DNA of 64,000 nucleotides from Chloroflexota bacterium (GCA_043754535.1 JAYUUN010000111.1:1-64000), one strand, 5' to 3'. Shown: positions 1 through 11,092, counted from the first letter of the stretch. The notes: generated from the letters alone by a model not told the origin. Made by a program: numbers and translations.

Positions 1-2
1 TT

Positions 3-461
3 TACGTTGCATGGGTAGAGGTTAAAGCATACGCCAGTTCGGGCGCAGACTTCAAACTGAAAGTTTACGATAGGCGAACTGGCGTTACTACTCTGCTCAT
101 GAAGGGTTCGGACACTGGCCCTAACTTGCAGCGGGGCTATCTGATCCCTGATGGTGAGCTAGCAGGCTACCTAGACCTGGACACTGGAAAACATCTCAAG
201 GTAGAGGTAAAGCTGGATGGTTGGCAGGTACAGGCTCGTGGGAATGTACTTGTGTGGCTTAAAGGCGACTACAAGAAGCCAAATATCTGGGGTTACGAGC
301 TGAGTGGCGGCGAAGCCGTGCAGCTAACTAGCGCAGCAGGAGGCCAGACCAACCCCGCTGTGGACGGTGACGTACTTGCCTGGATACAGCACGACCTCGA
401 TGGAGGGAGTCGCATAGCCTACACTTCGCTTTCTGCCGCCTTCGCTGCCGCAAAGAAGTAG
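3..461 (+). CDS. 5'-truncated beta-propeller (TolB-like repeat) surface protein, C-terminal part
   Basis: Frame is open from the window edge (YVAWVEVKAY...); repeats such as NIWGYELSGGEAVQLT...QTNPAVDGDVLAW. Confidence 0.55.
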   Translation, partial: YVAWVEVKAYASSGADFKLKVYDRRTGVTTLLMKGSDTGPNLQRGYLIPDGELAGYLDLDTGKHLKVEVKLDGWQVQARGNVLVWLKGDYKKPNIWGYELSGGEAVQLTSAAGGQTNPAVDGDVLAWIQHDLDGGSRIAYTSLSAAFAAAKK

Positions 462-487
462 GGGCGTACCGACTGGTACGCCCCTAC
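458..487. terminator. Perfect GTAG-type hairpin between convergent genes (bidirectional terminator or REP-like)
   Basis: GTAGGGGCGTACC-GACT-GGTACGCCCCTAC. Confidence 0.7.
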
Positions 488-514
488 TTGTTCACTGGCA
501 AGGTAGTTTGCGAC

Positions 515-2254
515 CTAGCGTTCTACCTCCGAGTCGTAGCCGCGAAACTCTTGTACCATATCCTTGCCCTGGCCGAACATCTTGCCGATGTTGCGGTAGA
601 GTTCCTTGCGCTGCTGCTCCTCTGGAGCGAACAGGTAGACCAGGCCCAGAGCCATCAGCAGTGTCCAGAAGATGGTGGATGCTGTGGTGGTCGTCCCTTT
701 CTTCACTGCCTTGCCAGTGGCCGAGGCTGCTCCACCGACTGCGCCGCCGACATTGCCTGCTGCGCTGCCGATGATCTCGCCCACATTGCCTGCCGCCCCA
801 CCAACCGACTTGCCAACTGTCTCTAGCGCACTGTCGCGGTTGTCGAACAGGTCGCCGACCTTACCGCCAACGGTATTGAGTGCGTCACCAACGGTGGGAG
901 CGAACGTCTCTTGGAAGAAGTCGCCGATATTGCTAGCCGCTTCGCTTACTGCCTTGCGCGCTTTGGGGGCATTCTCGTCGTAGAGGTCGCCGACGTTGCT
1001 CGCCAGCTCGCTGATCGCCTTGCGAGCCTTTGGCGCGTTTTCGTCGTAGAGGTCGCCGACGTTGCTGGCCGCTTCGCTGAGCAGCTTGCGGGCCTTCGGC
1101 GCGTTCTCGTCGTAGAGGTCGCCAGCGGGCAGGATTACCCGACCCTGGATCATCTCGCCAGCCCGCCCAGCAGCCTTGACCACTTCGGGCAGGGTGTCTT
1201 CGCGCAAATTATCCATGATATTGCCTAGCGCATCACCAACGTTGGCGAAGAAACCACCCGCCGTGTCGCCCGCGTCGGCTAGCTGTTCGCCGCCCTTCTT
1301 CAGCAGCTTGCCTGCGTTCTTGCGCGCATCCGCGAGGTCGAGGTCGGCTGTCCCCTTCTTGATCGCCCTGCCTGCCGCCTTGCTAGCCTGCTCAAGCTCC
1401 TTACCACTCTGCTTGAGCAGCTTGCCCGCGTTCTTGCGCGCCGCACCGAGGTCGAGATTGAGGTCGAGGTTGCCGAGGCTGTCAGCCAGTCCCTTCGCCT
1501 TGCTGTCGAGTTCGAGGTGGTCGACCCCCTGGGCCAAATCCTTCCGCAGTTGGGCTAGCTTCTTGGCAGCATCCTTGCGGCGGTCATCTGCGCCCAGGTC
1601 ACTGAGCAACCCCTCCGCCCGCTTGCGGATCGTCTTGGCCCGCTTCTGCGCGTCCTTCGATAGGTCACTACTATCTAGCTGATCAAGGAGATCACTGATA
1701 TTGCTGCGAGCGTCGCGGATCGCCCGCTGACCTTTCTTCATCTGGCCTTCAAGGTTGAAATCGTCCACCGCACCAGCCACGCGCTGACCGGCCTTGCCGA
1801 TGCTAGCAATGGCTTCGGCAGCATTCTTCTTCAGGTCGTCGAGGAAGCCATCAAGCTCCTTGCCACTAGGCAGTTCGAGGCCAGAGAGGGTGTCGCCTAC
1901 CTGCGTGCCGAGGTCGCCCGCGCGCTTGCCAAGCTGTCGGCCCAAGTGGCTAGCGGTCTGGCTGCCACTGTAGAGACCATGCGCGACCCGACGGCTGGTA
2001 CCCTTGCCGAGTACCTGATCCAGCCGCTTGCCGCCCGCTGACTCGATCAGGCGACGCAGTTCCTTCTCGCGCTTCGGTTCGCCGAGCCTACCGAGGCCAG
2101 TGACCAGCAGGCCTACCCCAGCAGCGATCCCACTCGCCAGGGCAACGACAGCCAGGGCTTCCATATCTGCATTGGGGGCCTCATCATCGCCATAGCCCTG
2201 CCAGGCACGGCGGGGGTACTCGCCATACTGGTCACCTCTAAACTCTTGGCTCAC
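515..2254 (-). CDS. Helical-repeat membrane-associated protein with C-terminal YtxH-like segment
   Basis: GTG start after AAGGAGG; hydrophobic segments near both ends; 22-aa repeats; LVYLFAPEEQQRKEL resembles YtxH. Confidence 0.6.
   Translation of the reverse strand: MSQEFRGDQYGEYPRRAWQGYGDDEAPNADMEALAVVALASGIAAGVGLLVTGLGRLGEPKREKELRRLIESAGGKRLDQVLGKGTSRRVAHGLYSGSQTASHLGRQLGKRAGDLGTQVGDTLSGLELPSGKELDGFLDDLKKNAAEAIASIGKAGQRVAGAVDDFNLEGQMKKGQRAIRDARSNISDLLDQLDSSDLSKDAQKRAKTIRKRAEGLLSDLGADDRRKDAAKKLAQLRKDLAQGVDHLELDSKAKGLADSLGNLDLNLDLGAARKNAGKLLKQSGKELEQASKAAGRAIKKGTADLDLADARKNAGKLLKKGGEQLADAGDTAGGFFANVGDALGNIMDNLREDTLPEVVKAAGRAGEMIQGRVILPAGDLYDENAPKARKLLSEAASNVGDLYDENAPKARKAISELASNVGDLYDENAPKARKAVSEAASNIGDFFQETFAPTVGDALNTVGGKVGDLFDNRDSALETVGKSVGGAAGNVGEIIGSAAGNVGGAVGGAASATGKAVKKGTTTTASTIFWTLLMALGLVYLFAPEEQQRKELYRNIGKMFGQGKDMVQEFRGYDSEVER
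922..1123 (-). repeat. Three 66-nt (22-aa) tandem coding repeats
   Basis: GDLYDENAPKARKxxSExASNV x3. Confidence 0.85.
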
Positions 2255-2375
2255 TGGTGGTTCCTCCTTGAAGTTGGCAACAGGGAGATCATGAAGCAGC
2301 CGCTTATGATCAAGATAAATGCGCTAAAAACTGGCACTGCTGTCTGCTTTTGTTCCACCGCCATGCTAGCAATTC

Positions 2376-5300
2376 TCATGCCACCTCAGCGAGACTGGCA
2401 GAGAACGCACGGCTGGTATGGTCATCACCGAGGGCAATGCCGTAGACGGCCCCGGCTGCGGCGATGGTGCTGCGGTTGTGGGTGATCACGATAAACTGGG
2501 TCTTCGCGCTCAGTTCTGTCAGGGCTGTGGTGATGCGGCCAATGTTCGCCTCGTCCAAAGCTGCGTCCACCTCATCCAGCAGGCAGAAGGGCGAGGGGTT
2601 GACGCTCAGCAGGCTAAAGAGGAGGGCGACAGCGGTGAGGGCGCGTTCGCCACCAGAGAGTGAGGGCAGGTTCTGCCAGCGTTTACCCGGTGGCTGGGCG
2701 GCGATCTCCACCCCGCCCGCTGCGCTGCTCATCTCCAGCCGCGCCGCGCCGCCGCCGAACAGGCGGGTGAAGTACAGACTAAACTGGAGCGCGACGGCGG
2801 CAAAGGTTATGCTGAAGCGTTGCTGCATGGTCGTCTCCAACTCGGCAATTACCACCTGTAGGCTGGCGGCAGCGGCCTGCAAGTCCTCGGTCTGGCTAGC
2901 CATGAACTCGTGCCGCGCGGCAGCCTCGGTATACTCTGCAACAGCCAGCGGGTTGACTAGCCCAAGGCGGGCCAGACGGTTTCGCAGGCTGGCAATCTCG
3001 TCCGCCAGCCTGTCCAGCTTGGCTACGGCTGGAGGCTGGGGGCTGGAGTCGTCGCCCAGTTCGGCTACCGCCCGCGTGTGGATGTCTTCCAGTTCGTGGG
3101 TTGCCCGGTCGCAGGCGAGGCTAGCACGACCAAGCGACTGCTCGGCAGCCAGCAGGGCGTGCTGCTGGCGCGAGATTGCATCGCTGGCAGCGACAGCTTC
3201 CTCTTGAGCGGTGGCTAGCTGCTGGCGCAAGGGGAGGGTGGCAGCAGCTGCGGCGGCTAGCTCGTCGTTGCTGCTCTGCAAGTCGCTAGCGGTGGCAGCC
3301 TGGGCGACCCGCAAGCGATCCACCTCGGCCAGCAGTAGGGTGAGGCGGGTTTGCCGCTCAGCCACCGCTCGACGCAGGCTGGCAAGGTCGCGCTCTGCCG
3401 CTTGCAGGGTCGCTTGCTGACGGTGCAGTGCCTCCTCGTTGCCGCCTATGGTGGCCCGCAGGGTGGCGAGGGCCACCACTGCCTCTGTGCGGCTCCCACG
3501 CAGGCGGTTGAGTTCGTCATTGGCGGCAGCGAGGGTGGTGGCGGCGGCTGTCACGGCCAGCAGGTGGGCGGCGATCTCGGTGGCACGGTTCTCGACGCTG
3601 GCGGCAACGATCTCAGCCCGCTTGCCAAACTCGGCGGCGGCGGCTTTGCGGTAGTCAAGCTCCTGCTTCGCCCGCTCAAGCTCGCGGCTAGCAGTCGCGG
3701 TGGCAGCAGCGGCGGTGGTTGCCAGGCGGGTGGCCTCGGCAAGCTGGCGGTTCGCCTGCTCAAGCTGCTGACTGACCCTGCGCCAATCCTGCTCTATGCT
3801 GGCAGCGGCGGTTTGAGCTGTCTGCCAACGGCGGTGGGCTACTGCAAGGGTGGCAGGCAGGTCGCGCAGTTCGCGTTCGCGGGCCAGCAAGCCGCTGTCC
3901 TTGCCCTTGCCACTGCTGCCACCCGTCACGCTACCACTCGGCCTGACGATCTCCCCTTCGCGGGTGACGACCGTCCAGCCACCCTCCTCGCGCACCAGGC
4001 GGCGGGCGACAGCTAGCTCCTCAACCACCAGCGTGCGGCCCAGCAAGTTGACGGCCACGGGGGTGTAGAGCGGGTTGTAGCCAACTAGATCGGCGGCTAT
4101 GCCAAGGATGCCAGTAGCACCCGCTCCAACCCCACTGGCGGTGGAAGTGGAGAAAGAAGTAGCTGCCAAAGGGGGAGCTGGAACCCGCGAGTAGCGGATC
4201 GTATCCAGCGGTAGGAAGGTGGCACGGCCTGCATTGGTGCGCTTGAGCAGGCTGATCGCGGCCTCGGCTGCCGCCCAGTCCACCACCACCACATCTTGCA
4301 AGCGACCGCCTAGCGCAGTTTCGATAGCCAGTTCGAGGTCGGCTGGCACCTGCAAGAGGCTAGCGACGGTGCCAATGATGCCACGCAGCTTCGGCGGTCG
4401 CCCGCCCTGGCCTGCCACGTCAAGGACAGCTCGCACGCCGTCGAACAGCCCGGCTCCGCTCTCGTGCAGCCGTTGCAGAGCGTCGAGGCGGGCTGCGATC
4501 TGCTGCTCTGCCGCCCGTAGGGGGAGGCTAGCAGCTTCAGCGGCCCGCTGGCGGCTGCTCATCTCGGCAACGGCCTGCGCAAGGCGGCTGCACTCGGCTT
4601 GCGCAGCGGCCAGGCGTTCGTTCTCCACCTGCGCGGTCGCGCTCGCTACCTGCGCGGCAGCCTTGCCCTGCTGCAAGCGCATCTCCAGGGGGGTGAGAGC
4701 GTTGCTGGCCGCCAGTGCGTCGCTGCGGGCGCGCTGCACCGAACGAGCCGCTTCCTCTGCGGCCCGCTGACTGGCAGCAAGGGCAGAGGCGGCAAAGGTG
4801 TGCGCCCCTTGCGCCTGCTCCACTTGGGCGGCCAGTTCGCGCTCGGCTAGCAGCCCCCCAGCACTGCGTGTCTCGGCAGCGATCAGGTCGGCACGTAGCA
4901 GGGCCAATCCCGCGTGGGCGACGGCCAACTCCTGCTCAAGGCTGACGACGGTGGCAGCACGGGCAGCAGTCGCGGCCTCGTCCTCCTTGCCAGCCCGCTG
5001 CTGCTCGGCAAGCTGGCGAGCGAGGGCAGCAACATTGGCCGCAGTGACGGCGGCAACCCGCTCAAGCTGCTGGGCCGCATCGCGCAATTGGCCCTGCTGC
5101 ACGGCGGCCTGCTCAAGGGCGGTAGTTGCGCCTGTAACCTGCGCTCTGGCCGCTCGCTCTGCTGCCTGCCCCACCAGCAGGTTAGCCTGGGTTGCGGCAA
5201 CGCTAGCGGTGGCAGCCGTCCGCTCTGCTTCGGTGGCTTGCTCGTGGGCGGCTGCCAGGGTCAGCAGGTGGCTATACCAGAGGCGTAGGCGAGAGTGCAG

Positions 5301-5954
5301 GTCGGCAGCCACCGCTTGTGCATCGCGGGCGTGCTTTGCCTGCCGCTCCAACAGTTTGAGGCGCGGTTCGCTGTCGCTGAGGAGGTCGTGCAGGCGCACC
5401 ATGTTCTCCTCGGTCGCCCTTAGCCGCTTCTCTGCCTCGTTCTTCTGGCTGTAGAACTGGCTAATGCCTGCCGCCGCCTCAAAGAGGGCGCGCCGCTCCT
5501 CCGGTCGCTGGCTCAAGGCGATGTCTACCAGCCCCTGGCCGACAACAGTGTAGAGGTGGTTGAGACCAGCGGTGAGGTCTTGCAGGTCGCGCAGCCGCAC
5601 CCGACTTTTGTTGATGTAGTACTCGTTTTCGCCGCTGCGGTGGGCGCGACGGGTGATCGTCACCTCGCTGTAGTCAATTGGCAACAGGCCCCCTGTGTTG
5701 TCGAGCGTGAGGCTGACTTCGGCAAAGCCGGTCGGCGCACGCTTGCTGCTACCGCTGAAGATCACGTCTTCGGTCTTGCGCCCGCGCAGGGATAGGTAGC
5801 TCTGCTCGCCCAGCACCCAGCGCAACGCGTCGGCCACGTTGCTCTTGCCACTACCATTTGGCCCCACCACGGCGGTGATGCCAGGAGCAAAGGCAAGCTC
5901 GGTCTTGTTGGCAAAGGTCTTGAAGCCTTGCAATTGCAATCGTTTGAGATACAT
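2376..5954 (-). CDS. smc: Chromosome segregation protein SMC
   Basis: Walker [10 protein letters not shown], hinge GRATFLPLD, signature LSGGE, Walker [11 protein letters not shown], long coiled coils. Confidence 0.97.
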   Translation of the reverse strand: MYLKRLQLQGFKTFANKTELAFAPGITAVVGPNGSGKSNVADALRWVLGEQSYLSLRGRKTEDVIFSGSSKRAPTGFAEVSLTLDNTGGLLPIDYSEVTITRRAHRSGENEYYINKSRVRLRDLQDLTAGLNHLYTVVGQGLVDIALSQRPEERRALFEAAAGISQFYSQKNEAEKRLRATEENMVRLHDLLSDSEPRLKLLERQAKHARDAQAVAADLHSRLRLWYSHLLTLAAAHEQATEAERTAATASVAATQANLLVGQAAERAARAQVTGATTALEQAAVQQGQLRDAAQQLERVAAVTAANVAALARQLAEQQRAGKEDEAATAARAATVVSLEQELAVAHAGLALLRADLIAAETRSAGGLLAERELAAQVEQAQGAHTFAASALAASQRAAEEAARSVQRARSDALAASNALTPLEMRLQQGKAAAQVASATAQVENERLAAAQAECSRLAQAVAEMSSRQRAAEAASLPLRAAEQQIAARLDALQRLHESGAGLFDGVRAVLDVAGQGGRPPKLRGIIGTVASLLQVPADLELAIETALGGRLQDVVVVDWAAAEAAISLLKRTNAGRATFLPLDTIRYSRVPAPPLAATSFSTSTASGVGAGATGILGIAADLVGYNPLYTPVAVNLLGRTLVVEELAVARRLVREEGGWTVVTREGEIVRPSGSVTGGSSGKGKDSGLLARERELRDLPATLAVAHRRWQTAQTAAASIEQDWRRVSQQLEQANRQLAEATRLATTAAAATATASRELERAKQELDYRKAAAAEFGKRAEIVAASVENRATEIAAHLLAVTAAATTLAAANDELNRLRGSRTEAVVALATLRATIGGNEEALHRQQATLQAAERDLASLRRAVAERQTRLTLLLAEVDRLRVAQAATASDLQSSNDELAAAAAATLPLRQQLATAQEEAVAASDAISRQQHALLAAEQSLGRASLACDRATHELEDIHTRAVAELGDDSSPQPPAVAKLDRLADEIASLRNRLARLGLVNPLAVAEYTEAAARHEFMASQTEDLQAAAASLQVVIAELETTMQQRFSITFAAVALQFSLYFTRLFGGGAARLEMSSAAGGVEIAAQPPGKRWQNLPSLSGGERALTAVALLFSLLSVNPSPFCLLDEVDAALDEANIGRITTALTELSAKTQFIVITHNRSTIAAAGAVYGIALGDDHTSRAFSASLAEVA

Positions 5955-6095
5955 GGCCGTCCAATCAAAGTCACGCTAAGCGGCCCATTGTACCACATCT
6001 ACCGATTGATGTGCAGGTAGGGCAGGGTATGGTACAATGCGAGGACGGGTGGCGGATCATAGCCAGCGAATGGATGCTGATTGCAAGGAGAGATG

Positions 6096-6887
6096 ATGGA
6101 CACCACTGCTTTGCCTACGGGCCTGATAGAGCGGGCTATTGCGGGCTTGGAGGCCGACCACAACGTAATTGGCGTAATCCTGGGTGGCAGCTTCACACGA
6201 GGTGAAGCTAACCATTATAGTGATGTTGACTTTGCCCGTATCGTGCGCGAAGTTGAGCCAGGCCTGGAGCGGCACCGCTTCCACTACGATAGTGGTAGGC
6301 TAGTTTGTCTCTCACTGCACTCCTTTGCAGTCTTGCAAGCGCGTCTCAGTATACCCAGCGAGGCGATATGGGAGGTGCCAACCATGAGGACAGTGCAGAT
6401 TGTGTTGGATAGAGAGGGCCAGATAGCTGCACTCAAGCAGGCAGCGATTGATTTCAAGTGGGAGCCACTACAGCCTGCTGCTGATGCCTATGCCAGTTAC
6501 TTGCTGTATGATAATGTTGAACTTGCCCATAAGCTACTAGGTACGCTAACAACGGGCAACCAGGATGCAACTATGCGGGCAACTAGGATGCTGGTTAGTG
6601 GTGCTTCTGAAGCGATAGCGGTTCAGCGCGGTTTGCTGATCGAAGCTCCTAACAACTTTTACAACTTGCTACAAGTAACTGTCGGTCGCGAAGCACTATG
6701 GACGTACCACTACAGAGCCGCGCAAGGCTACGATCAAAATACGACTCATGAACAGGCTGTTGCTGCTCTCCATCTGTATCTTGAGACTGTCCGCCTCCTA
6801 GCGGTAGCGATCCAGCCGGAGCATCGAGTGGTGATCGAGCAGGCACTGCGGCTAATTGCTGAGAAATTGCTCGCTGAACCCACTTGA
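6096..6887 (+). CDS. Nucleotidyltransferase-domain protein (aminoglycoside nucleotidyltransferase-like)
   Basis: ILGGSFTRGEANHYSDVD (GS...DxD) motif; AAGGAG RBS. Confidence 0.75.
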   Translation: MDTTALPTGLIERAIAGLEADHNVIGVILGGSFTRGEANHYSDVDFARIVREVEPGLERHRFHYDSGRLVCLSLHSFAVLQARLSIPSEAIWEVPTMRTVQIVLDREGQIAALKQAAIDFKWEPLQPAADAYASYLLYDNVELAHKLLGTLTTGNQDATMRATRMLVSGASEAIAVQRGLLIEAPNNFYNLLQVTVGREALWTYHYRAAQGYDQNTTHEQAVAALHLYLETVRLLAVAIQPEHRVVIEQALRLIAEKLLAEPT

Positions 6888-6927
6888 CAGCGGATTGCTA
6901 GTATGCTATAATGCTAGCATCATAGCA
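6884..6927 (+). promoter_or_regulatory. Consensus sigma70 promoter overlapped by TGCTA/TAGCA repeats (likely RHH operator)
   Basis: TTGACA (6884)-17 nt-TATAAT (6907); repeated TGCTA and inverted TAGCA around the -10. Confidence 0.75.
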
Positions 6928-6938
6928 AGGAGGTTCCT

Positions 6939-7532
6939 GTGATGCCCGATGACAAGCAGCAGTTCAACGTCTACCTCACCCCCGACCTGGTCCGCCAGAT
7001 CAAGCACCACTCGGTTGATGTGCAACTCTCTCTCTCCGACCTGGTAGAGAAGGTGTTGCGCGCCTACCTCGACAAGCGCGACGAGCAGCCCGCCGTGCCA
7101 CAGCTAGCCCAACCACCGATTGCCGACCTCGCCCGCGGCGAACAGCAGGCCAGTGGTTTGACTTTGCAGCCAATGATCCACGTTGAGCAGATGGCAGCGG
7201 CGATCAAGTTCTACGAGGCACTGGGCTTCAGCCTCACGGTCGGCAGCCGCGATGGGGACTGGGCGCAGATGAGGCTCGGTGGGGCCGAACTCGGCCTACT
7301 GGCCCACCCACCAAACCCTGAGCAGAACGAGGGGATCGTCGAACTCAACTTTGAGAGCCAGGAGCCGCTGGAAGCCCTGGAAGCGCGCCTGCGCGAGGCG
7401 GGGGTGACGATTGCGCGGCCTACTGGCGACGAAGGCTTCGGCGCGCAGTTGCAGGTGCAGTCGCCCGACGGCCTGCTAGTCAAGATCAACCAACTCGATC
7501 CGGGGCTGTACGGCTGGGAGGGTCAACCATGA
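6939..7532 (+). CDS. Ribbon-helix-helix (CopG-like) plus VOC/glyoxalase fusion protein
   Basis: N-terminal QQFNVYLTPDLVRQIK...LSDLVEKVLRAYL; C-terminal VOC fold (FYEALGF...SPDGLLVKI). Confidence 0.8.
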   Translation: MMPDDKQQFNVYLTPDLVRQIKHHSVDVQLSLSDLVEKVLRAYLDKRDEQPAVPQLAQPPIADLARGEQQASGLTLQPMIHVEQMAAAIKFYEALGFSLTVGSRDGDWAQMRLGGAELGLLAHPPNPEQNEGIVELNFESQEPLEALEARLREAGVTIARPTGDEGFGAQLQVQSPDGLLVKINQLDPGLYGWEGQP

Positions 7533-7948
7533 GCCTGCGCCTGATGCCCATCGTCTACGTCAGCGATATGGATCGCTCGATAGCCTTCTACCGTTCGCTC
7601 GGCCTCAAGCTAGAAGTACAGTCGCGCTCGGCTCAGTGGGCAGAACTCAAATGCGGCGATGCACTTCTGGCTCTGCACCGTGGCGAAAAGCCATAGCAGC
7701 GGCCTTATCGCTGGGCAGCAGGTCACGCCAGTACAACAGGGTGGGGGGAGCAAGTCAGGCAGCAGCCAGTCAAGCTCTGCTTCCTCAGCAACGCGCCGCT
7801 ACACAATCTGATTGGCGAACTGCGCACAGCAGGGGTGGAGATCGTCCGTGAAGTAACGGACGAGGGCTTCGGCTACTCGATGCAGGTGCGTGACCCCGAC
7901 GGCCTGACGATCCAGATTGACGAACACGATAGCGAACTCTACACCTGA
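7529..7948 (+). pseudogene. VOC/glyoxalase family gene with in-frame TAG at codon 56
   Basis: ATGA overlap with upstream gene; MSLRLMPIVYVSDMDRSIAFYRSLG...EKP*QRP...TDEGFGYSMQVRDPDGLTIQIDE; TAG at 7694-7696. Confidence 0.8.
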
Positions 7949-8130
7949 TTTACACCTCTAGACTGATGCAGCCGCGCCCCGCCAGTTGGTACAATGGCGG
8001 GGCTGCTCATTGCCTGGCAAGGCGCGCGTTGTTGGCAGACACGTTGCGGGGTGGCAGTGCAATTAGCGTACAGATGTGCTATACTGTTGGCGAACACTCG
8101 TTCTTCAACAGCCCGAAAGGAGTACCCAGG

Positions 8131-9246
8131 TTGTCTACCATGCTTGAAGATACTACGGTCGCCCTTGCCCAGGGAGAGGCACAAACGCAGGAAGCCGCGA
8201 TGACTACCAGCCCAAAGCCAGCCCGCAAGCTGGCGATCAAGGTTGAGAATGTCTCCCGCACCTACAACATTAAGGTTGACAAGAAGGCCAAGAAAGAGGG
8301 CAAGGAGAGCAAGCTGCTCACCGCCCTGGGTGGCGTGTCGCTTGAGGTTGAAGAAGGTGAACTCTTTGGTCTGCTTGGCCCTAATGGGGCAGGCAAGACC
8401 ACGCTGATCAAGATCATGACGACCCTGCTTGCCCCTAGTGGCGGGGTCGCCATGGTGGACGGGCTGGACGTGGTGAAGGAAGCAACAGAAGTGCGCCGCC
8501 GAATCAACATGGTCAGCGGCGGTGAAACCAGCGGCTACGGCATCCTTACTGTGCGCGAGAACCTCTGGGTCTGGTCGCAGTTCTACGGCCTGGATAGCAA
8601 GGTGGCCCGCCAGCGGATCGACGAACTGCTCAAGATCGTAGAGTTGGAGGACAAGGCGGGCGCACTAGTCAGCGGTCTCTCCACCGGCCAACGCCAGCGC
8701 ATGAACTTCTGTCGCGGCTTCGTCACCGACCCAAAGGTGTTGTTCCTCGACGAGCCAACCCTCGGCCTGGACGTACACGCCGCCCGTATCGTGCGCGACT
8801 TCACCCAGACCTGGATGAAGCAGAACCCCGACCGCACGGTGCTGCTCACCACCCACTACATGGCTGAAGCCGACTCGTTGTGCGACCGCATTGCGATCAT
8901 CGACCACGGTGCCGTGCTTGCCTGCGACACGCCGAGCAACCTGAAGCGGATGTTGCAGAAGCAGCCAGTTTTTGAGATCGGCGTAGCGGGCCTGAACGGC
9001 AGCCAGTTGGAGGCTCTGCCGCGCATCCCCGGCGTAGTGCGAGTGAGCAGTGAGTCGCGGGAGGGGGGCAGCGGCTACAACCTCAAGTTCATCATCGAAG
9101 CAGAGCCGGTGATCGGCGCAGTAGTCAGCGAGATCACAGCCCAGGGGGGCAGCATCCTCAGCTTGCAGAAGAACGAGCCGACCCTGGAGGACGTGTTCAT
9201 CAAGCTGGTGGGCCGCAGCCTCAGTGCTGAAGACAAGGAGAAGTAA
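8131..9246 (+). CDS. ABC transporter ATP-binding protein (DrrA-like exporter)
   Basis: GPNGAGKTT, LSTGQRQ, LFLDEPT; TTG start after AAAGGAG. Confidence 0.92.
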   Translation: MSTMLEDTTVALAQGEAQTQEAAMTTSPKPARKLAIKVENVSRTYNIKVDKKAKKEGKESKLLTALGGVSLEVEEGELFGLLGPNGAGKTTLIKIMTTLLAPSGGVAMVDGLDVVKEATEVRRRINMVSGGETSGYGILTVRENLWVWSQFYGLDSKVARQRIDELLKIVELEDKAGALVSGLSTGQRQRMNFCRGFVTDPKVLFLDEPTLGLDVHAARIVRDFTQTWMKQNPDRTVLLTTHYMAEADSLCDRIAIIDHGAVLACDTPSNLKRMLQKQPVFEIGVAGLNGSQLEALPRIPGVVRVSSESREGGSGYNLKFIIEAEPVIGAVVSEITAQGGSILSLQKNEPTLEDVFIKLVGRSLSAEDKEK

Positions 9247-10107
9247 GTGGTAGAGAAAGCAACCGGCTGGCGGCTGTTCCGCAAGACGGTGTGGGGGCGC
9301 GCCTACCCCCGCATCATCGGTCTCAGCCGCGAACCTAGCTGGCTATTCTTCGAGGTAGTGATCCCGGCTATTGGCCTGCTGGCCTACCTCTTTATCTACA
9401 AGTTCCTCGGCCAGGAGGAGAGCGACCGCACCAAGACCGACATACTGGGCCTGGTCATTCTCGGCGGCGCGGCTGTCACCTACTGGCAGAACATCCTCTG
9501 GATGATGGCTAGTCAACTGTACTGGGACAAGCAGGAGGGCTTGCTAGAGTTGTTCATCCTCTCGCCCACCTCACTGATGGCGATCCTGTTGGGCATGAGC
9601 ATCGGCGGGCTGGTGATGGCAACGATCCGCGCGTCGGCAGTGATGATTTTCGGCATCGTCGTTTTCAGCATCCAGTTCAGCCTGGAGGGCATCCTGCCTG
9701 CGTTGGCGGCCTTCCTGATCACCATGTTCGCCCTTTATGGTCTGGGCATGATGCTATCTACCGTCTTCCTACTCTGGGGGCGAGCAGCCTGGCAGATCAG
9801 CCTCGCGCTGACCGAGCCAATCTACGCCCTCAGCGGGATGTACTCGCCACTCAACGCCCTCAAGAACCCGGTGCTGGTGGCAGCGGCTGGCATTGTGCCG
9901 ATTAGCCTGGGCCTGGATGCGATCCGCCAACTGCTGCTGCCCAGCCTGTTCGACGGTAGCCCTTTCAGTGGGGTACTCAACCCCTGGCTAGAGGTTGGTA
10001 TCCTCTTTGCAGCGGGCGTGGTCTTCAACATTGCCGCTTACATCCTGGTCAAGCGCGTAGAGTGGTTGGCGAAGGTGAAGGCGAGCTTGAGCCTGCGCTG
10101 GCAGTAG
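9247..10107 (+). CDS. ABC-2 type transporter permease
   Basis: Multiple TM helices; adjacent to ATPase. Confidence 0.85.
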   Translation: MVEKATGWRLFRKTVWGRAYPRIIGLSREPSWLFFEVVIPAIGLLAYLFIYKFLGQEESDRTKTDILGLVILGGAAVTYWQNILWMMASQLYWDKQEGLLELFILSPTSLMAILLGMSIGGLVMATIRASAVMIFGIVVFSIQFSLEGILPALAAFLITMFALYGLGMMLSTVFLLWGRAAWQISLALTEPIYALSGMYSPLNALKNPVLVAAAGIVPISLGLDAIRQLLLPSLFDGSPFSGVLNPWLEVGILFAAGVVFNIAAYILVKRVEWLAKVKASLSLRWQ

Positions 10108-10141
10108 TCCGGTGATCAACAGAAGATGAGAGGAGTAATCA

Positions 10142-11050
10142 TTGAGCGCAATCATCCACGATAGTCCGAAGAAGGTGACAGGCGACGTAGCCGAGTCGCT
10201 GCGTACCTTCAAGGTAGCCAGTTGGCTGGGCTGGCAGATCGAGAGCAACTGGGCCGACCCGTTCGCCTTCTTCGTCTTCAGCATCATGCGTCCGCTCGGT
10301 GCCTCGCTGATCCTCGTCCTCATCTATGGCGCGGTCAGCGGCAACAACAGCCAACCCGAAGCGTTCACCTATCTTTACGTCAGCAACGCCTGGTTCACCC
10401 TGGTGGTTAACACCATCGTGGGCCTGTCCTGGACGATCATAGACGAGCGCGAGTTCTACAAGATGCTCAAGTACGTCTACACCTCGCCCGCAAGGATCAT
10501 CCCCTTCCTGATGGGGCGCGGGTTGGCAAAGATCGTGATCGGGATGCTCACCTTCGTGGTGCTGATGGGCATCGGCATCATCTTCTTCCCCATGACCCTC
10601 AGTTGGGGGGCGGTGCAGTGGGGTTGGCTGCTAGTCTACTTCGTCCTCGGCATGATCATGCTGGTGGGGCTGGGCCTGATCATGGCGGCAGTCAGCCTGC
10701 GGGTCGCCCGCCACGGCGGCAGCATCGGCGAGATCGTGGCGGGGCTGCTACTACTGTTCTGCGGAGCCTACTACCCAGTAGATGTGCTGCCCGACTGGAT
10801 TCAGAAGATTAGCCTGGCGGTACCAGTCACCTACTGGCTTGAGGGGATGCGCCGGGCCACGGCAGGTCGCGTCCTCGCTCCAGTAGTTGAGGGCCACCCC
10901 TCGATCATGTCTCAGATCGGTGACCTGCAACTCCTCAGCATCCTGGTCTTCTGCGCCGTCGCCAGCCTCAGCTTCTCGATCTGGTTCTACAAGTTCGTGG
11001 AGCGCACTGCGAAAGAGGCGGGCGTGATCGACAAGGTGAGCAACTACTAA
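10142..11050 (+). CDS. ABC-2 type transporter permease
   Basis: Multiple TM helices; GAYYPVDVLPDWIQKISLAVPVTYWLEGMR ABC-2 motif. Confidence 0.85.
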   Translation: MSAIIHDSPKKVTGDVAESLRTFKVASWLGWQIESNWADPFAFFVFSIMRPLGASLILVLIYGAVSGNNSQPEAFTYLYVSNAWFTLVVNTIVGLSWTIIDEREFYKMLKYVYTSPARIIPFLMGRGLAKIVIGMLTFVVLMGIGIIFFPMTLSWGAVQWGWLLVYFVLGMIMLVGLGLIMAAVSLRVARHGGSIGEIVAGLLLLFCGAYYPVDVLPDWIQKISLAVPVTYWLEGMRRATAGRVLAPVVEGHPSIMSQIGDLQLLSILVFCAVASLSFSIWFYKFVERTAKEAGVIDKVSNY

Positions 11051-11064
11051 CTCAACAACTAACC

Positions 11065-11092
11065 AGGAGGGGCGGCAGGTGTCGCCCCTTCT
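11065..11092. terminator. Hairpin between convergent permease and proS
   Basis: AGGGGCGGCA-GG-TGTCGCCCCT. Confidence 0.55.

Noticed and set aside
7694..7696. Genome-wide TAG reassignment
   Set aside because: TAG is the normal terminator of many genes here (kbl, ino1, acyltransferases)
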